From Thermodesulfovibrionales bacterium (GTDB lineage: Bacteria > Nitrospirota > Thermodesulfovibrionia > Thermodesulfovibrionales > SM23-35): DNA of 64,000 bases. The notes beneath the pieces were generated by a model. The model did no database searches and was not told the DNA's origin. It saw nothing but the letters and a program-made list of their open reading frames with translations. The DNA is taken from contig CAVQRT010000002.1 in assembly GCA_963715195.1 (NCBI GenBank), positions 128,001 to 192,000 on the forward strand, in the 5' to 3' direction. Positions 28,729 through 38,066 of the stretch are shown in pieces. Position 1 is the first letter of the stretch, and each line of letters starts with the position of its first letter. A program made the translations under genes and the position numbers.

Positions 28729-29807
28729 CTCACTTTCAGAGTTGCCAAGCTTAACAAAGCAAGCACAATGCCGATTATCCAGAATCTGACAATCACTTTT
28801 GGCTCAGGCCATCCTTTCAATTCAAAATGGTGATGTATGGGAGCCATCCTGAATACCCTCTTGCCTGTCATCCTGAATGATGCCACCTGCATGATGACCG
28901 AAATCGTCTCGATAACAAAAATGCCGCCCACCACAGCGAGCACGATCTCATGCTTTGTAATGACGGCAAGGGTACCAAGTGTCCCCCCGAGTCCAAGAGA
29001 ACCCACATCTCCCATAAAAACATCAGCCGGATACGAGTTGAACCAAAGGAATCCGAGTGCGGCACCAAACATCGCACCGCAGAACACAGTGAGTTCACCG
29101 GTGCCGGGCAGGAACAGAACCTGCAGGTACTGAGCCAATCCCTTGTGTCCCGATATGTAAACGAGGGCACCGTTGGCCAATACGGCAACTGCAACGAGCC
29201 CGATTGCAAGTCCATCGATTCCATCGGTTAGGTTGACGGCATTCGACGAACCAACGATAACCAATACGGAAAATGGTATGTAAACGAGCCCGAGATCAAT
29301 AAGCCATTTTTTGAAAAAGGGGATACTCAGCACATCCACGTAGGGATCCCGCGGATTTACATAGAGGAAAATCCCGATAAGAAAAGCAAGGATTATCTGC
29401 ATGCCGAATTTCTGGTATGCCCTGAGTCCCCGGTGATTTCGCTGTGCAATCTTCAAATAGTCATCAAGGAGGCCGATACCGCCAAATCCGACAAGAGAAA
29501 CAATAAGTGCCCAAATATACATATTCCTGAGGTCTCCCCACATCAGAATCGCAATCAGGATGCAGAGGATAATAAGAATCCCGCCCATTGTCGGTGTTCC
29601 TGCCTTTCCCATATGCGCCTTTGGCCCGTCTTCCCGTATCTGCTGTGTTACGCTTAACCGCCTGAGTTTGCGGATAATCCACGGTCCCAGTATCATCGAG
29701 AAAAACATTGCCGTCAGCACAGCAAGTGATGTTCTGAAAGTTATATACCGAAAAACATTCAGGGCAGAGAACCAGTCTTGCAAACCATAGAGAAGACTGT
29801 ATAACAC
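28725..29807 (-). CDS. mraY: Phospho-MurNAc-pentapeptide transferase
   Basis: GTPTMGG, LDDY, NAVNLTDGIDGL, FMGDVGS, MAPIHHHFE; GTG 29807 after GGAGG. Confidence 0.97.
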   Translation of the reverse strand: MLYSLLYGLQDWFSALNVFRYITFRTSLAVLTAMFFSMILGPWIIRKLRRLSVTQQIREDGPKAHMGKAGTPTMGGILIILCILIAILMWGDLRNMYIWALIVSLVGFGGIGLLDDYLKIAQRNHRGLRAYQKFGMQIILAFLIGIFLYVNPRDPYVDVLSIPFFKKWLIDLGLVYIPFSVLVIVGSSNAVNLTDGIDGLAIGLVAVAVLANGALVYISGHKGLAQYLQVLFLPGTGELTVFCGAMFGAALGFLWFNSYPADVFMGDVGSLGLGGTLGTLAVITKHEIVLAVVGGIFVIETISVIMQVASFRMTGKRVFRMAPIHHHFELKGWPEPKVIVRFWIIGIVLALLSLATLKVR

Positions 29808-31144
29808 TAAGCCTCCAGGACCGTTTCCATACGCATTCCCCTCGATCCTTTTATCAGCACCGTGTCGCCCGTTTCCCAAATATTCCTGAGGAGCTTCCCT
29901 GCCTCTTCAGCGCTGCCCGGTTGATACACACTGCCGTCAAATTCAGATGCGGCAAACGCCATACGGGGTCCCACAGCGATGAAAATATCAATGGAAAGTT
30001 CCGACATGAATCTGCCGAGTTCCCGATGCGCTTCCTCTTCGTAGGGGCCGAGTTCAAGCATATCACCCAGTACGGCGATTGATCTTCTTTTGCTGATGCG
30101 GGCCAACTCCCCGAGCGCTGCATGCGTTGACGCCGGATTGGCATTATACATGTCGCTGATAATTGTTATCCCATTGACTTCCCGGAACTCCATTCTCATG
30201 GGAACTCCGTTAAAGGATTCGACAGCATTTTTTATATGCACAGGTTCAATATGGAAAAGATATCCGATCGATGCTGCTGCAAGAATATTGTAAATATTGA
30301 ACACACCTGCTATGTGCGAGTTTACCGCTACAGACTGACGTTCACCAAAGTGTATGAGAAAGGAAGACCCCTGTTCGTGGAGTGCAATATCCGTTGCCTG
30401 GATGTCTGCGGGAGTCTCTATGCCGTATCTCAATATGGATCCTGTAAATCCCGATTCCCGAACGCCTTCCATGAGAAAATGGTCGTCTGCATTCACCGCC
30501 GCAACGCTCACCGCCTCAAGAAGCTCGAGCTTGGTCTTCCTGACGGTATACATGTCTTTGAATCCTTCAAGGTGGGCGCTGCTGATATTGGTAAGAATTC
30601 CGTAATCAGGAGCCGCTACAGCGCAGAGTGCCCTGATTTGTCCGGGAGCGCTTGCACCCATTTCAAGAACGACGATCTGATCGTCAGCGCCGATCTTTGT
30701 GAGAGTGAGAGGAAGTCCGATCTCGTTATTCAGATTGCCGGTATTCTTGAGAATCCGGTACTGCGTGCCGAGGATGGAAGCGATCAGTTCTTTCGTCGTT
30801 GTCTTGCCGTTTGATCCTGTCACCGCGACAACCGGGATATCATTCTTCAACCGGCAGGAGCGTGCGACATCCTGAAGGGCCTGTAAGGTATTCCGGACCA
30901 GTATGATGGTCTTGCCTGCAACCGGTGCTGTTGCCGGTTTATGAACCACTGCACCGCTTCCGGTTTTCAGTGCTTGGTCAACAAAATCATGGCCGTCAAA
31001 ACGTTCGCCTTTCAGTGCTATGAACAATTCACCATTCTGTATTGTCCGTGAATCGGTACAGATGCCGGAGAAATATTCGGCATCTCCGCAAAGAATCTCA
31101 CCTCCTGCAACCGCAAGAATGTCCTCGATGGTTAGAACTGCCAT
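29807..31144 (-). CDS. murF: UDP-MurNAc-tripeptide--D-Ala-D-Ala ligase
   Basis: TDSR, TGSNGKTTTKE, GNLNNEIG, DMYNANP, GDMLELG, IKGSRGM. Confidence 0.96.
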   Translation of the reverse strand: MAVLTIEDILAVAGGEILCGDAEYFSGICTDSRTIQNGELFIALKGERFDGHDFVDQALKTGSGAVVHKPATAPVAGKTIILVRNTLQALQDVARSCRLKNDIPVVAVTGSNGKTTTKELIASILGTQYRILKNTGNLNNEIGLPLTLTKIGADDQIVVLEMGASAPGQIRALCAVAAPDYGILTNISSAHLEGFKDMYTVRKTKLELLEAVSVAAVNADDHFLMEGVRESGFTGSILRYGIETPADIQATDIALHEQGSSFLIHFGERQSVAVNSHIAGVFNIYNILAAASIGYLFHIEPVHIKNAVESFNGVPMRMEFREVNGITIISDMYNANPASTHAALGELARISKRRSIAVLGDMLELGPYEEEAHRELGRFMSELSIDIFIAVGPRMAFAASEFDGSVYQPGSAEEAGKLLRNIWETGDTVLIKGSRGMRMETVLEA

Positions 31145-31173
31145 ATCCTCTCTTTCACGACACACGGCATTGT

Positions 31174-32709
31174 TCATTCGCTATCATTCATTCTGCGTTT
31201 CCTGTTTATCGCTTCAAGAAGGATTTCCCTGTCGCTGAATGGATACCTGATTCCCTGTATCTCCTGATAATCTTCATGACCTTTGCCTGCAACAAGCACA
31301 ACATCACCGTCTTCTGCCAGATGAACTGCTTTTTGAATCGCATTCCTCCTGTCAGGCTCGATAAGATAATTTTTTTTACCTGTCCCCTGCTCGATCTGGG
31401 CAATGATTTCCGAAGGGTCTTCTGATCTGGGGTTATCAGAGGTTATGATTACGAGATCGCTCAGTTTTGTTGAGACAGCTCCCATCTTCGGTCTCTTGCC
31501 TTTGTCCCGGTCACCTCCGCATCCAAAAACGGTTATTATCCGCCGCTGCGCTGTTGGTAACCTTCTTTTCCCGGAAGAACGAATAGATGAGATAAGTCTT
31601 CTTGCGGTCAGGATCAGCCTTTCGAGCGCATCCTCTGTATGTGCATAATCAAGAATGCAGAGAAATCCCTGGCCGGCGTCGACATTCTGGAATCTTCCCG
31701 AAACAATCTGTATTTGCCTGATCCCCTGCAGAATCGTGTGCCACGGTACCCCCAGCGAGACGGCGGCTGCGGCTGCGGAAATAATATTGGAGACATTCGG
31801 CAGACCGAGAAGCGGAGAGGAAACCTCGTACCTGCTGTCCCTGAATGATATGGCACATTGTATTCCCCTGAATGACACCTCTACATCGTGCGCGACCATG
31901 TCAGCGCCCTTTTCAAGGCTACAGGTTACTATCCTGCGTTCAGGAGAAAGCGTTCTGAGTTGATCAGCCAATCGTTTTCCATACGCATCATCGATATTGA
32001 TGACGGCTGTGCCGTTCCTGTCAAGGAGTTCGGTAAAGAGCCGCTCCTTCGCCCTGAAATAGTCTTCCATTGTCCTGTGGAAATCAAGATGATCTCTGGT
32101 AAGATTCGTAAAGACCGCCGTGCGAAACACAGCCTTGTCAACCCTGTATTGTGCGAGGGCATGGGAGGATATCTCTGCCACAGCATGGGTGCAGCCTGCC
32201 AGCAGCATCTTACGCAGCAGCGCCTGGAACTCCGGTGATTCAGGTGTCGTATGCGGTGCGGGAGAGGGTTTGTCCTTTATCATGTATTGAATGGTCCCGA
32301 TCAGGCCGACATCCTTTCCCCATGTCTCAAGAATTGATTTCAAAATATACGTTGTCGTCGTTTTCCCATTGGTTCCGGTTACGCCGGTGAGGACCAGCTT
32401 CTCAGACGGTCTTTGATAGAAATTATTCGCCATACAGGCAAGCGCCCTCCTGCTGTCCTTCACAAGGATATACCCGTTTTCAGCACCGGCGAACTCCTGA
32501 TCAGCAGCGATCACGACCGCCCCCTTTTCGATTGCTTCCCGGATGAATGCATGCCCATCAAACTTTTCTCCCTTTATTGCAACAAAGAGATAATTATCGT
32601 TCACCTTTCGCGAGTCATATGCAATCCCTGCGATATCCCTCTCAAGGATATTTCCTTCCTGCACCAGTTGCATATCATCACACCCTTTCAGGATTGAGGC
32701 CAGCATCAT
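31174..32709 (-). CDS. murE: UDP-MurNAc-dipeptide--meso-DAP ligase
   Basis: TGTNGKTTT, TTPES, EISSH, DYAHT, DNPR (DAP specificity), AGKGHE. Confidence 0.97.
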   Translation of the reverse strand: MMLASILKGCDDMQLVQEGNILERDIAGIAYDSRKVNDNYLFVAIKGEKFDGHAFIREAIEKGAVVIAADQEFAGAENGYILVKDSRRALACMANNFYQRPSEKLVLTGVTGTNGKTTTTYILKSILETWGKDVGLIGTIQYMIKDKPSPAPHTTPESPEFQALLRKMLLAGCTHAVAEISSHALAQYRVDKAVFRTAVFTNLTRDHLDFHRTMEDYFRAKERLFTELLDRNGTAVINIDDAYGKRLADQLRTLSPERRIVTCSLEKGADMVAHDVEVSFRGIQCAISFRDSRYEVSSPLLGLPNVSNIISAAAAAVSLGVPWHTILQGIRQIQIVSGRFQNVDAGQGFLCILDYAHTEDALERLILTARRLISSIRSSGKRRLPTAQRRIITVFGCGGDRDKGKRPKMGAVSTKLSDLVIITSDNPRSEDPSEIIAQIEQGTGKKNYLIEPDRRNAIQKAVHLAEDGDVVLVAGKGHEDYQEIQGIRYPFSDREILLEAINRKRRMNDSE

Positions 32710-34409
32710 CTCGATACCAGCAGGGCAGCATGCTGACCAGGGCTGTCTTCCCTCGGCACATTCAGATACGATAACGCCTGCCGGGTAATTTCCCTGAACA
32801 CCGGTGCAGCAACCACTCCACCGTAAATCTCTCCTTTCGGTTCATACACAATAATGATCATAGCCAGCCGGGGGTTATCTGCCGGAACAAACCCGACAAA
32901 TGAACTGACATATTTATCCCGTGAATACCGTTTCGTGACCGGATCGATCATCTGGGCAGTACCCGTCTTGCCGGCAACCGGATTTCCGTCAATCGATGCG
33001 TTTTTCGCGGTGCCTCCCTCTTCTGTTACGCTCTTCAGGATATTCTTGAAAGTCTCGGCAGTTTTTGCAGAGATGATGCGGTGGTTGTCACTGTCTCTGA
33101 AGGAAGCAAACGTTCTGTTGTCCGGAGAGATTATTTCTGAAACGACGTGGGGCCTTACGAGGAACCCGCCGTTTGCGATCGCGGAGTATGCCCTGAGCAT
33201 CTGGATCGGCGTTACTGCAACTTCCTGTCCGATTGATATTGCGCCAAGTGATGTCCCGGACCACTGCTCAGGCTTGTGAATCCAGCCGGAAATTTCACCG
33301 GGGAGGTCAATGCCGGTCTTGTCGCCGAACCCAAACAATTTCGCATACCGATATATATTTTCTTTCCCGAGTTTCATACCGGCCAGAATCGAACCGACAT
33401 TTGATGATTTCTGTATGACCTCTTTGAAGGTGAGAAGCCCATATTTATGGACATCGCGAATCGTCTTTCCGCCTACCTGGACTCCGCCCTTACTGACATC
33501 AAACACGGTGTCCGGTTTAACCAGTTTCTCTTCAAGGGAACCGACACCGATAATAAGCTTAAAAGTTGATCCGGGTTCATAACAATCGGTTATTGCCCTG
33601 TTCCTTTTTTCAAATCCCCGTGCACTTCCACCCCGGTTTGCATCATACGCAGGTCTGTTTGCGATGGCAAGGATTTCACCGGTATAGGGATCCATCATAA
33701 TTGCTGAGGCTGCTGCGGCTCTCCACTGCTTCATCGCTCTGTCGAGCTCTTTTTCAGCCAGGCGCTGGAGGACTTCATCAATGGTCAACACAATATTATT
33801 CCCTTGTGCTTCAACCGTGACGCCGGACGAAAGGGTCTTCCCGCTCGCGTCCCTTTCCATGATAACCTTCCCGCCCTTTGCCGTCAGGTATTTATCGTAT
33901 TGAAGTTCAATACCTTCAAGTGCCTGATTGTCTATGCCGACGAAACCGATGATATGAGAGGCCAGTTCCCTCTTAGGGTAAAAACGCTTGGCCTCGGTGA
34001 GAAAGTCGAGACCTTCAATGCGGAGAGCTCTTATCTTATCCGCAGTTTCGGGAGGAAGTTTTCTCTTGATCCACACAAATCTCCCCTTGTCGGGGATTTG
34101 TGCAAGCATTCTTGCCGGTTCATTGTTGACGAAAGAAGCAAGCTTCCTGATATCCTCGGTATCAGCGTTCAGGGCTTCCGGATCGCAGTAGAGAGATTCA
34201 ACTTCAAGATTCAATGCAAGCTCACGCCCCCTTCTGTCAAAAATAGTCCCCCTTCTGACCTGGATGTCTTCGACTTTTATGTGCTGCTGCTGTGCCCTTT
34301 CCTGAAGACGTTTGTGATCGATAATCATGAGGTCTGCAAGACGAAAGGAAACAAGCATAAAACTGACGACAATGGCCGTGTGAAGAATGACAGCCCTCTT
34401 TTTGTTCAT
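32706..34409 (-). CDS. ftsI: Class B penicillin-binding protein FtsI
   Basis: RGTIFDR, EPGSTFK, SSN, KTGTAQ; dcw position. Confidence 0.95.
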   Translation of the reverse strand: MNKKRAVILHTAIVVSFMLVSFRLADLMIIDHKRLQERAQQQHIKVEDIQVRRGTIFDRRGRELALNLEVESLYCDPEALNADTEDIRKLASFVNNEPARMLAQIPDKGRFVWIKRKLPPETADKIRALRIEGLDFLTEAKRFYPKRELASHIIGFVGIDNQALEGIELQYDKYLTAKGGKVIMERDASGKTLSSGVTVEAQGNNIVLTIDEVLQRLAEKELDRAMKQWRAAAASAIMMDPYTGEILAIANRPAYDANRGGSARGFEKRNRAITDCYEPGSTFKLIIGVGSLEEKLVKPDTVFDVSKGGVQVGGKTIRDVHKYGLLTFKEVIQKSSNVGSILAGMKLGKENIYRYAKLFGFGDKTGIDLPGEISGWIHKPEQWSGTSLGAISIGQEVAVTPIQMLRAYSAIANGGFLVRPHVVSEIISPDNRTFASFRDSDNHRIISAKTAETFKNILKSVTEEGGTAKNASIDGNPVAGKTGTAQMIDPVTKRYSRDKYVSSFVGFVPADNPRLAMIIIVYEPKGEIYGGVVAAPVFREITRQALSYLNVPREDSPGQHAALLVSR

Positions 34410-34444
34410 CCCCCCGCCCTCTTTTAACGGTTTTTCGGTTCAGA

Positions 34445-34777
34445 TCATTGCTTCTGCTTCAGCGAAGCAAGACGCGGTAAAGACCTCGTATCTTTACTGA
34501 CATGGACTACCTGCAGCCTGTCGGGGAGGACGAAGCCATCCCGGTCATCTGCAGATGACTCCAGCCGCGCAAACGACAGCTGACTCGTTTTTTCTGCAAA
34601 TAACATTTTCCGGTCCCTGAGGCAATGCACCTTCTTCTTCTCAAGTTCGCCGAGACTGTACTCCAATTTGGTGACATTTGACCTCAGGTAAACCAAGCCA
34701 AACACGCCGGCAAATAACAGGATTACCACGACAGGCCTCAGCACAAGCATTGCAAGACTCATTCGCGTTTTTCGCAT
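34445..34777 (-). CDS. ftsL: Cell division protein FtsL-like
   Basis: Short TM plus coiled coil between rsmH and ftsI. Confidence 0.7.
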   Translation of the reverse strand: MRKTRMSLAMLVLRPVVVILLFAGVFGLVYLRSNVTKLEYSLGELEKKKVHCLRDRKMLFAEKTSQLSFARLESSADDRDGFVLPDRLQVVHVSKDTRSLPRLASLKQKQ

Positions 34778-35658
34778 TATATCTTCTCCCCAACCCGTAA
34801 TTTTGCACTCCGTGAAGAGGGATTCATCCGCAGCTCTTCCGGTGCAGGAGTTACCGGTTTTTTCGTGATTTTTTTCAGTACCCCTTTTCTCGCATGATCC
34901 GCTATGAAATGTTTGACGATTCTGTCCTCGAGTGAATGGTATGAGATAACGCAGAGCCTTCCGCTTTGTTTCAGAAGGTGCAATGAAGCATGCAGTCCCT
35001 TCTCAAGCTGAGACAGTTCATCGTTGACCGCGATTCTCAATGCCTGGAATATCCTCGTTGCAGGATGAATCCTTCCTTTCGTTCCGTACACGTTTTCAGC
35101 AATCTCCGCTAACTCAGCACAGGTTTCGATCGGCTTTTTCTCTCTCCGCCGGGAAATCGCCTTCGCTATTTTTTTTGCAAGGCGTTCTTCACCGAATTCA
35201 CGGAATATCCGCACGAGCTCATATTCGGGATAACGGTTCACAATGTCCCGTGCAGAGATCTTCTGGTTCCTGTCCATTCTCATATCGAGCGATGCATCTG
35301 ATGTGAAACTGAAACCCCGCTCCAGACTCCTTAATTGCAGGCTTGATACCCCGAGATCAAATAGGATACCGTCCACTGCGGCAATACCCTGCGAACAGAT
35401 CATGGTTTCCATATCAGAGAAGTTCCCCCGCATCAGTGTTACCCTTGAATCTGAAAGCCTCGCTTTTGTGCTCCGGAGTGCTTCATCGTCCCTGTCGATT
35501 CCGATGAGCCTGCCGTGAGAGCCGATCTCTTGTAAAATTGCATGTGCATGCCCCCCAAGTCCGGTTGTAGCATCAACGTAGATACCCTCCTGCCGTATAT
35601 TGAGCATCTGGAGTGCTCTCTCCCGCAGAACCGGCAGATGGATGATCTCTGCATTCAA
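34777..35658 (-). CDS. rsmH: 16S rRNA m4C1402 methyltransferase
   Basis: HLPV, DATTGLGGH, DLGVSS, LDMRMD, FQALRIAVN, HSLEDR, RSAKLR. Confidence 0.97.
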   Translation of the reverse strand: MNAEIIHLPVLRERALQMLNIRQEGIYVDATTGLGGHAHAILQEIGSHGRLIGIDRDDEALRSTKARLSDSRVTLMRGNFSDMETMICSQGIAAVDGILFDLGVSSLQLRSLERGFSFTSDASLDMRMDRNQKISARDIVNRYPEYELVRIFREFGEERLAKKIAKAISRRREKKPIETCAELAEIAENVYGTKGRIHPATRIFQALRIAVNDELSQLEKGLHASLHLLKQSGRLCVISYHSLEDRIVKHFIADHARKGVLKKITKKPVTPAPEELRMNPSSRSAKLRVGEKI

Positions 35659-35673
35659 TCGACCGTGGTACCC

Positions 35674-36126
35674 TTAAAAACCAAGAGCAGCAAGTCCTTC
35701 CTCCATCGATTCCCTGTCTATCTGGGAGAGGTCCACCAGTTTATCCCATTCATCTCTGTCCCAGAGATCGATTCTGTCCACCTGACCGACGATGACGATG
35801 TTGCTGTTGATCTTCGCGTCTTCCCTGAGGGATACGGGGATGAGAATCCTCCCCTGCTTGTCAAGATCTGTTTCGACAGCGGACCCAATAACCCTCCGCA
35901 TAAAAAATTTCATATGTTTATCGGAACTGGGCTTTGTCCTGACCTTGTCATGGAGCCTGTTCCATTCTTCCGCTGGGTAGATGCGGATACACTGGTCCAC
36001 CGGGGCATTGGTGACATAAAGTTTTGTGCTATAATGACTCGTAATGATATCCCTGAAAGGAGCCGGGATGATAATTCTCCCTTTCGGATCTACGGTGTAA
36101 TAATATTTTCCTGAGAAAGCTGGCAT
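35674..36126 (-). CDS. mraZ: Division/cell wall cluster transcriptional repressor MraZ
   Basis: Two DxxGR motifs (DPKGRIIIP, DKQGRILIP); ATG 36126 after GGAGG. Confidence 0.96.
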   Translation of the reverse strand: MPAFSGKYYYTVDPKGRIIIPAPFRDIITSHYSTKLYVTNAPVDQCIRIYPAEEWNRLHDKVRTKPSSDKHMKFFMRRVIGSAVETDLDKQGRILIPVSLREDAKINSNIVIVGQVDRIDLWDRDEWDKLVDLSQIDRESMEEGLAALGF

Positions 36127-36133
36127 TTTTCCT

Positions 36134-36157
36134 CCACTTTTTACCACTTTCTACCAC
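36134..36157 (-). promoter_or_regulatory. MraZ binding repeats (GTGG-N6-GTGG-N6-GTGG)
   Basis: GTGGtagaaaGTGGtaaaaaGTGGagg with 10-bp period; the last box overlaps the mraZ SD. Confidence 0.85.
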
Positions 36158-36160
36158 AAC

Positions 36161-36189
36161 ATATTAGAGTGAGGAAAAACGATTGTCAA
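36161..36189 (-). promoter_or_regulatory. dcw sigma70 promoter (TTGACA-17-TAATAT)
   Basis: Read directly, immediately upstream of the MraZ boxes. Confidence 0.75.
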
Positions 36190-36311
36190 GAAAAAAATCG
36201 TATTCACTATATTATGTACAAGGATTGAAGAATCACTACTATATATTGTTTATAAGTATTTCATGTCTGTTATCCGTCCGATAATACAGCGGGCTCAAGA
36301 GCAAGGAGATC

Positions 36312-37163
36312 ATGGAAGACGAAAAAACCACAGAGCTGAAAAACAAGATATCCGAACTGAAGCAACGATTGAATCAACTTTATGCACAGTATTTTTCTGA
36401 TACGCGGGAAGGCAAAGTCTTTGATACTGAATTCTCCCTGTATGTCAAAGCATCAGAATATGCAAGACGCGAAAAGAGCGAACAGCTCATGCTCCAGTAT
36501 GGGATTATAAAAACAGGAGTTATCGTACTCATCGTATCGTCTGTACTCATTATTTTTTTCTTCGGACAGCACATCTTCTTCAGTACATTTTTTCTTTTGG
36601 GACTTGGATTTTTTGCCTGGGGACTGATGTACCTCATGCTGGCCGCTGAAATCAGGATAACGAGGGCTCACCGATTCTGCTCGGCGCTCGGCAAATATTT
36701 TCAGCAGTACCGGTGGAGCACGGAATCTTCACAGGGTCTGCATCTGCCCGACATTCCCCTCTGGGATGACTACATCACTGAAGGGGACACCCCTCTGCAA
36801 AGCAAACACTATGAAGAGAAAGCTCTTTATATCCCGTTTCGCATCGCAATTTCTTTTATAGACCTGCTAGCGCTTGTGTTGCTCCTCCAGCCATTGATAT
36901 CCGGAGACGCCACGATGAGCAGGCTGGACTTGATGCTCTGTCTTATCCTTTGGCTCGTGACGGTTCCCATGCACATGATACTTGTGCAATCGCTTGTCAG
37001 GGAGGCTGAAATCATCCGGCAACCGGATGGCACAGAGTTAACGGAAGGTTCACAACCGGCGAAAAAACACCGTGGTCCCCGTTCATGGATTCAGATCTTC
37101 AGGCTTTTTTTTCTCCTCGATATTATTGTTCCGAAGACATTCAACACTAACCGGAAATCATGA
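36312..37163 (+). CDS. Hypothetical membrane protein (about 4 TM helices)
   Basis: 283-aa ORF with AGGAG SD, N-terminal coiled coil and two hydrophobic hairpins; family not recognised. Confidence 0.7.
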   Translation: MEDEKTTELKNKISELKQRLNQLYAQYFSDTREGKVFDTEFSLYVKASEYARREKSEQLMLQYGIIKTGVIVLIVSSVLIIFFFGQHIFFSTFFLLGLGFFAWGLMYLMLAAEIRITRAHRFCSALGKYFQQYRWSTESSQGLHLPDIPLWDDYITEGDTPLQSKHYEEKALYIPFRIAISFIDLLALVLLLQPLISGDATMSRLDLMLCLILWLVTVPMHMILVQSLVREAEIIRQPDGTELTEGSQPAKKHRGPRSWIQIFRLFFLLDIIVPKTFNTNRKS

Positions 37164-37347
37164 CAGGAGTCACCGTTATGATGGAAAATCATGAGCGCGG
37201 GAATCCCTTGACTGGCATGAGTTTTTCTATCACTCGATTCATCATTTTTGCCTTGACAAAAGGATTTCTTCCTTGATACTGTTATCAAAGTTATTTCAGG
37301 TTTATTATTTTTTCTACTCATTTTTCCATGAAAGGGGGGAGATATAG

Positions 37348-37620
37348 ATGACCAAAGCAGAATTAATCGACAAAGTTGCTTCCGGTACAGGACTAAGCAA
37401 GGCAGATGCATCGAGGGCGCTGGATTCCACTATCAATGCCATCCGGTCGGCATTAAAGAAAGGGCAAAAGGTAACCCTTGTTGGGTTTGGAACCTTTGCG
37501 GTCGTAAAAAGGAAATCGAGAAAGGGCCGCAACCCAAGAACCGGCGATATTATTACGATTCCTGCCTCCAAAATTCCAAAGTTCACTTCCGGCAAGTCGC
37601 TCAAAGACGCTGTGAAATAA
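37348..37620 (+). CDS. hup: DNA-binding protein HU
   Basis: MTKAELI, LVGFGTF, GRNPRTG. Confidence 0.97.
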   Translation: MTKAELIDKVASGTGLSKADASRALDSTINAIRSALKKGQKVTLVGFGTFAVVKRKSRKGRNPRTGDIITIPASKIPKFTSGKSLKDAVK

Positions 37621-37631
37621 TTTCAATATAT

Positions 37632-37663
37632 AAATAGGGGCAAACAGATGTTTGCCCCTATTT
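37632..37663 (+). terminator. Stem-loop after hup
   Basis: AAATAGGGGCAAACA-GA-TGTTTGCCCCTATTT perfect inverted repeat. Confidence 0.75.
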
Positions 37664-37719
37664 CCTTTATACAGCCTTGCACCATATGTCCACTGATAAC
37701 CAGAAAAAAGGAGGAATTG

Positions 37720-38025
37720 ATGCTTGTCGAATTCAGCATTATCCCTATAGGCGTCGGAAGCAGCCTGGGAGCTTACCTTGCAGAGGTCCTCAAGATTGTG
37801 GATGCAAGCGGTCTCCCCTATAAAATCAACCCGATGGGAACAGTAATCGAAGGTGAATGGAATGAAGTGATGCAGCTCATAAGAAAATGTCACAAGACTG
37901 TCATGAAAACCGGCGAGAGAGTTGTGACAACCATATCCATCGATGACAGGAAAGGGAAACCGAACAGGATAGAGGGGAAAGTAAAATCCATAGAGAGAAG
38001 AATAGGGAAATCTCTCAAAAAATAG
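37720..38025 (+). CDS. MTH1187/YkoF-family thiamine-binding protein
   Basis: MLVEFSIIPIG, SGLPY, PMGTVIEGEW, IDDR; AGGAGG SD. Confidence 0.9.
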   Translation: MLVEFSIIPIGVGSSLGAYLAEVLKIVDASGLPYKINPMGTVIEGEWNEVMQLIRKCHKTVMKTGERVVTTISIDDRKGKPNRIEGKVKSIERRIGKSLKK

Positions 38026-38066
38026 GGGTCACGGCCATATCGGTCACGATGACTGTCCGCAGAACG

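Noticed and set aside
22419..32709. Short insertions in MurC, MurD and MurE as mobile or intein-like elements
   Set aside because: Roughly 5-20 aa in apparent loop positions, with no splicing motifs or clear repeats.
37212..37228. Sigma54 promoter upstream of hup (CTGGCATGAGTTTTTCT)
   Set aside because: The -12 GC is missing, and a sigma70-type TTGACA lies at 37253.
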